Shown piece after piece: positions 59,301 to 64,000 of a DNA stretch of 64,000 nt (position 1 is the stretch's first letter; each line of letters starts with the position of its first letter). Origin of the DNA: Paraphysomonas bandaiensis (lineage: Eukaryota > Protista > Chrysophyceae). Below the pieces are notes generated by a model. That model did not search any database, was not told the DNA's origin, and saw only the letters and a program-made list of their open reading frames with translations. Where the stretch lies: the NCBI GenBank assembly GCA_965644295.1, contig CBFFRP010000107.1:29560-93559 (forward strand), given 5' to 3'. The position numbers were made by a program, and so were the translations under genes.

Positions 59301-62300
59301 ACCTACCAAAACAACATACACTACGGAAGACGACATAACTCACTGGCTCTCAGTGCGAGAGGTCCACCTTTTAGCCTCTACTATCAACCCCTGCACGACG
59401 TGGGCGCAAAATGGTAATTACCTCAGCATTGTTGGCATCCCTACTGACAAAGTAGCTTATAACATCGCATGGAAGGTGGACGAACTTAGGGACGCTATTC
59501 GTGATAACTACTACCATGTCATACTACAAGATGCTCACTACTTCCTCTTAGACCCTGCCGGTCTTTCTACTGCCCTAGACAACGCCCTACTATCTCTTGA
59601 AAACACCTTGGCCACCAGTATACTCTCAACGGCTGACCCCATCGCTCCACCTACACTTCCCGCGGACTCAATCACGAACAACAATAGGACATCAAAGATG
59701 ACCAGCACCAGAACAACCTCGTCAAGCAGCACCAAGTTAGCACGAACAAATCGACAGATTCTGCAGGCTTCAAACCCTGGAGCACTACCATCGCACAAGA
59801 AGATGCAGTTGAAACACGCCCAAACTGCGTTGACAAGTCGATGCCAGCCAACCCGGAAAGCCAAAAAGGTCGTAAATTACGATGAAAGTGACCAACCAAC
59901 GAACCTTCACAACTCACACCCAACCACGACCACACGAACGATCAGACCAACTCCAGCACTAGATACCACCGGATGGGACAGGGACTGGTCAAGAAAGTTC
60001 TACATTGCGTACGCCGATAACACTGCCAAAGGACTATCCCTTTATGCGAAGAACACATTCCCAGCAGACGTCATCATTGCTGAGTACAAAGGCAAACGCT
60101 ATCCACTAACAAAGATGAGTCAGTCTACAAGGCGTTCTGATTACATAGTTCAAGACAGTACTGGTACCTTCGCAATAGATGGCTTTGACCAAGTCCGACA
60201 ATGTGTAACATGCGAAGCTGGGTATATTAATGACCCCCTAGCCACAAGCATGGCTAATGTCAAGTTTGTCACGAAAAATAAACGCCTCTGCGTCCGTACA
60301 ATACGTTCCATTGCTAAGGATGAAGAACTTCTCATCAACTACGGACATCACGGTATTGGTGTGATCAGCGCTGGCCACTTGAGATATTAATCCAAGCCAG
60401 GGCTGCGTACGACAGCGACATATGGCGGTGCCAATATAGCAGTATGGGACAGACTCCTTGCAGACAAGAGAGTGGAACTCCTACAGAGACCTCCAGCAGC
60501 ATCCCCAAGGATCCCTCGGGAGCAGCCATGGGACTCCGAACTCTCCACATGGAACACAAATGGCAATCCGGCATCACACACGGGCAAAGCCCAAGCTATC
60601 ATCCACGACACTTTAAGCGGCAAAAATTGGACGTGCTCCTATTACAGGATGTCCGTCTAACAGAAACTCAGGCCAACTTCTTCACGCGTATCATCGAAGA
60701 TGCACTCCAGGGAACAAGAACATGCCTCTTCCTCAGCAAGCAGCCAAAACTGACTTCAAGAGACCCACTAATGGGGGGTACGGTAGTCATAATCAGCGAA
60801 TACTGGAAGCGCCGTCTCGCCTTCACAAAGGCTGACTTTACGGGACTTGGTTTAGTGAGCCGACTAGAGCCCAAAACGTCGGTGGCGCACACCCTAGAAC
60901 ACTAATAAGCACGTCTATCTACCCCCGAAGCCAGCCCTCGCCAGGCACTTGCACATTATGGAGCAAATTGACCAAGCTAGGGAGAGCGTCCCGTGGTATC
61001 TGTACTGCTGACCCCTACAAGGCTCTCTATGCAACATCCTTACGAAATGGGGTCACCAAAGCCAGAGCCAAGGACCATACTGTCATTGTCGCCGGCGACT
61101 TCAGTGGCTCCATGGAGACAAATCCTAAAGGCAGAGACATACGACCACTTGCCGACAAGCTCCACCCGGCTGCACCACTCCACTGAGCTACCTACTCCAG
61201 GAAAACATAACATCGCTACCCTTCCACAGATTAGACAAAGGAATATCGCGGATCGATCATATTCTACACACGCCGTTACCTCCGAACATGTCTGTTACGG
61301 ACACTGGCCGCCTTGACTCCCCCTCATTACTCGCAGCGAGCCTTCGATCATCGACCGGTCTGGGTCGGTTTCACCGTACCAGTCAATCTTGATTCCCTCG
61401 TCCACCGAGCCGCACCTCCGACCCCCCCCCCGTCTCCAATGTAAACCCGAAGGACTCCAAGGAAGTACAGGCATACACACCACGACTCCTCCAACTTCAT
61501 GCACAACTACCACATTTAGACAATCGGATCGACTGCCATACTCCCTCCTATGAGGTGGCAGCCAACATGAACTAGCGGCCATCCATCACATAACCCTCCA
61601 GGCTTCGCTTGAGGCGAAGCGTCCTGCATGTACACATATGACACGCCGCATGAACGTTGTCAGCGCACACGCTCAAAGTTCAAGAATGGCTTTTTCCCCG
61701 GAAATGAGAGTAATACAGGAAGGAATGCTCATGGTTTTGCGGATTATCCAAAAGATGTTCAATTCTGCTGGATACAAACGGCATGGGGATGGCGCGGCCC
61801 CCCGGCAACCACCCCCACCCACGAAATCATCACTGCATGGTTCGCCCGATGGGACTCCTATCTCAGGAGTTCTCAGGGTCACATCAAAGGCATATCGGAC
61901 ATCAACTCTGTGCAGCCACCGCAACGCGGACCCACGAGTAATCCTGGGTTGGAACGCAAAGCAAGCCACCAAGAAAACCTTCTCCGAATTGCCTTGCGAC
62001 TGAGAGGACTTCTTCATGTGGAAGAGCCAGGACAGAAATGCGGACCAGACTCACGGCTCGCACCAAGCAGATGGAGGCACTGCTACAGCAGAAAAGATCA
62101 AGCAATTCTCTACACCGAAAATTGGTCTCAAGGTCAAAACACCACTCCGACTTACCACGAGGTGAAACAACGGACGGACACATCCTCACAACGCCGCAAG
62201 ACATTCCATGAAGGCATTAATGCGCACTTCCGTGAACATCATGCCAAACCTCCCGGACTTGACCCTGTGGCACAACAGCTCCAGGATGACCCTACATGGT

Positions 62301-64000
62301 GGAAATCACTTCTTGATCCGGGCTCAGCGACATGCCAGGAACCACTCCACCCCCGCTCGAAAATTCCTCTTCCCCTGCAACTGGGGTTACGACGGGCCCT
62401 TTGTACCAAGACCACTCCGGCCATGGCAGCCACACTCAAATCTACTCTTGCAAAAGACATCACCCAGGATGAATTCTACTGCACACTTCACTCTCTCTCC
62501 TTCAACCGCGCGCCTGACCCTCAATGGTCTCCTCCAACATGGTCAAATCCTGGCCACCGGTAGTTCAGCGAGAGGCTTACATCCTCACCAGATCTCTCTG
62601 GAAACATAAACATGTGCCCATTTGGTGGAGAGACAGGGTAATGTCTCCCATTCTCAAGAAACCAGGAGAATCCTCCCTCACTAATCTCCGACCGATTGGT
62701 CTGCTTGAAGTCAGTAGGAAAATATTAACAAGGATAATCACTCATAGAATTCTTACCGTATGGGAGGAACAGAAAGTTTTGCATCCGTCCCAGCATGGTT
62801 ATCGCTGGAGGAACGGGACGGACACAGCGATACTAAGGGTACTCGCGGCTGCAGAAGAAGCAAGACGAAAAGGCGACCAGCATATATGTACACTCTGGGA
62901 CTTCAAGAAGGCCTTCGACTCAATTGCGCCTAACCTCATGCGTCTCGCGTGGGCACGACTGGGCGTTCCGGACGATGTAGTTGACTGGTTTGGCAACTTA
63001 GATGCCGGCGGTCTAACATTTCCCTGGACACCATTCATGGCAAACAACATAGAGCCACGTTCTCTCCTTGACCTCCTGTCCGCAGACGGCCACTTCATTG
63101 CACTATTCAGTCTGGGTTTCGAAGCCGAAAGGGGTATCACCCAAGGGGGCACAGAATCCACATGCGCCTGGGTGGCACTCTACGACATCCTTCTCACGTG
63201 GCTGGACATTGAACTGTCAACAACGAGTCCAACGTTACCAACTATTCAACTCACGACTCCGACTACAGGCGAAATAAAGATCTCCTTCGCGGATGATCTT
63301 AACACAATAGCTAAATCCATACACGCTGCCCAACTCATTGCCCAACAAATATCTGCGTTCTGCGTACTTTCGGGAATGGAACTCTCAAAGTAGTTTGCAC
63401 AGTGTTTCCGATCCTACAGGATTCCAACAAGTCCTCCGACCCCATTGGCTACATCATTCTCTACGACTGGTCATGGCGCCCACACCCAGTCCCTATCCAA
63501 ACATCACTAGAGTCGATACATTACCTCGGAGCAGACCTTCCTCTCACAATCACAGACAAGGCCTCCCATGACTGGTGTCTAAAATACCTGAAAGTCGTGA
63601 CCACACACCTAGGGATCAAACAGGCCTCAGCCGGCTGTAAAGTCATGGTTATCGAGACCCAAATCATACCGACTTTGCTCTATAGAGCCACCAAAGCTTC
63701 ATGGCCGCTACACTGGTACAGAGAAATTGACGCTGCTTGCGCAACCCTCTACAGAAAGGCCCTCAGTCTAGGCCCTGGATACCCCACGGAACTGATCTAC
63801 CTCTCACTCAAGCACAACGGATTAGGTATGAAACGTTTCTCAGACTCGGCGCAGGAGCAAAAATGGGGATCTCTACAGCGCGCAATAACCCTCGGGGGAG
63901 AAGCAGGTCAAGCAGCACATTTTCTACTCACTCAGACAACAGAGCCACAGCCCCAATACCACCACCATGTTCTCAGCCTCAGGGAATGGGGAACGGAATT
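56377..64000 (+). pseudogene. Non-LTR ORF2 (OTU-like x3, SET, APE endonuclease, reverse transcriptase), broken by several frameshifts
   Basis: APE: LSTWNTNG (60541), LDVLLLQDVRL, GG, IVAGDF, SRIDHIL, DHRPVWVG (~61350). RT: LRPIGLLEVSRKIL, QHGYR, DFKKAFDSI, RGITQG, FADDL, HYLG, then YLSLKHNGLG. SET and OTU motifs are detailed in the findings. Confidence 0.88.

Larger units (their letters stand above)
53590..64000 (+). mobile_element. Very long (>10 kb) APE-type non-LTR retrotransposon; degenerate copy, 3' end outside the window
   Basis: Abrupt shift to C/A-rich intronless sequence; ORF1, then a frameshifted ORF2 with OTU-like, SET, APE and RT motifs. 5' boundary approximate. Confidence 0.88.

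Noticed and set aside
1-64000. tRNA or rRNA genes
   Set aside because: None recognised by eye; a tRNAscan-SE/Infernal run would be needed to exclude them.

Overview
Eukaryotic nuclear DNA in the standard code, with many short (~45-150 bp) GT-AG introns. Gene and transposon content suggests a stramenopile/ochrophyte, but that is inference. About 15 host genes are present: NodH/Stf0-like sulfotransferase, TM9SF nonaspanin, HAD-IIA phosphatase, FUN14, ankyrin protein, orphan membrane protein, RING-H2 ligase, class I fumarase, DmpA peptidase, SET protein, SLC35B1, SOS1-like Na+/H+ exchanger, a 14 x 40-aa helical-repeat protein, transportin-1 and an LRR/EF-hand protein. The left end holds a Ty1/copia gag-pol (minus strand, missed by the ORF track) capped by a 379-bp inverted repeat, then a Mutator-like element (9-bp TSD) carrying a 78 x 28-bp minisatellite. 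hAT derivatives and a structured interspersed repeat are scattered through the middle. The right end holds a >10 kb frameshifted non-LTR retrotransposon. Its pol ORF carries OTU-like protease domains and a SET domain ahead of the APE endonuclease and RT, punctuated by a twice-repeated 20-aa motif ending in G-P (candidate new 2A/StopGo-like processing signal). This element and the 40-aa repeat protein are the best candidates for undescribed biology. All calls come from reading motifs by eye; no searches were run.
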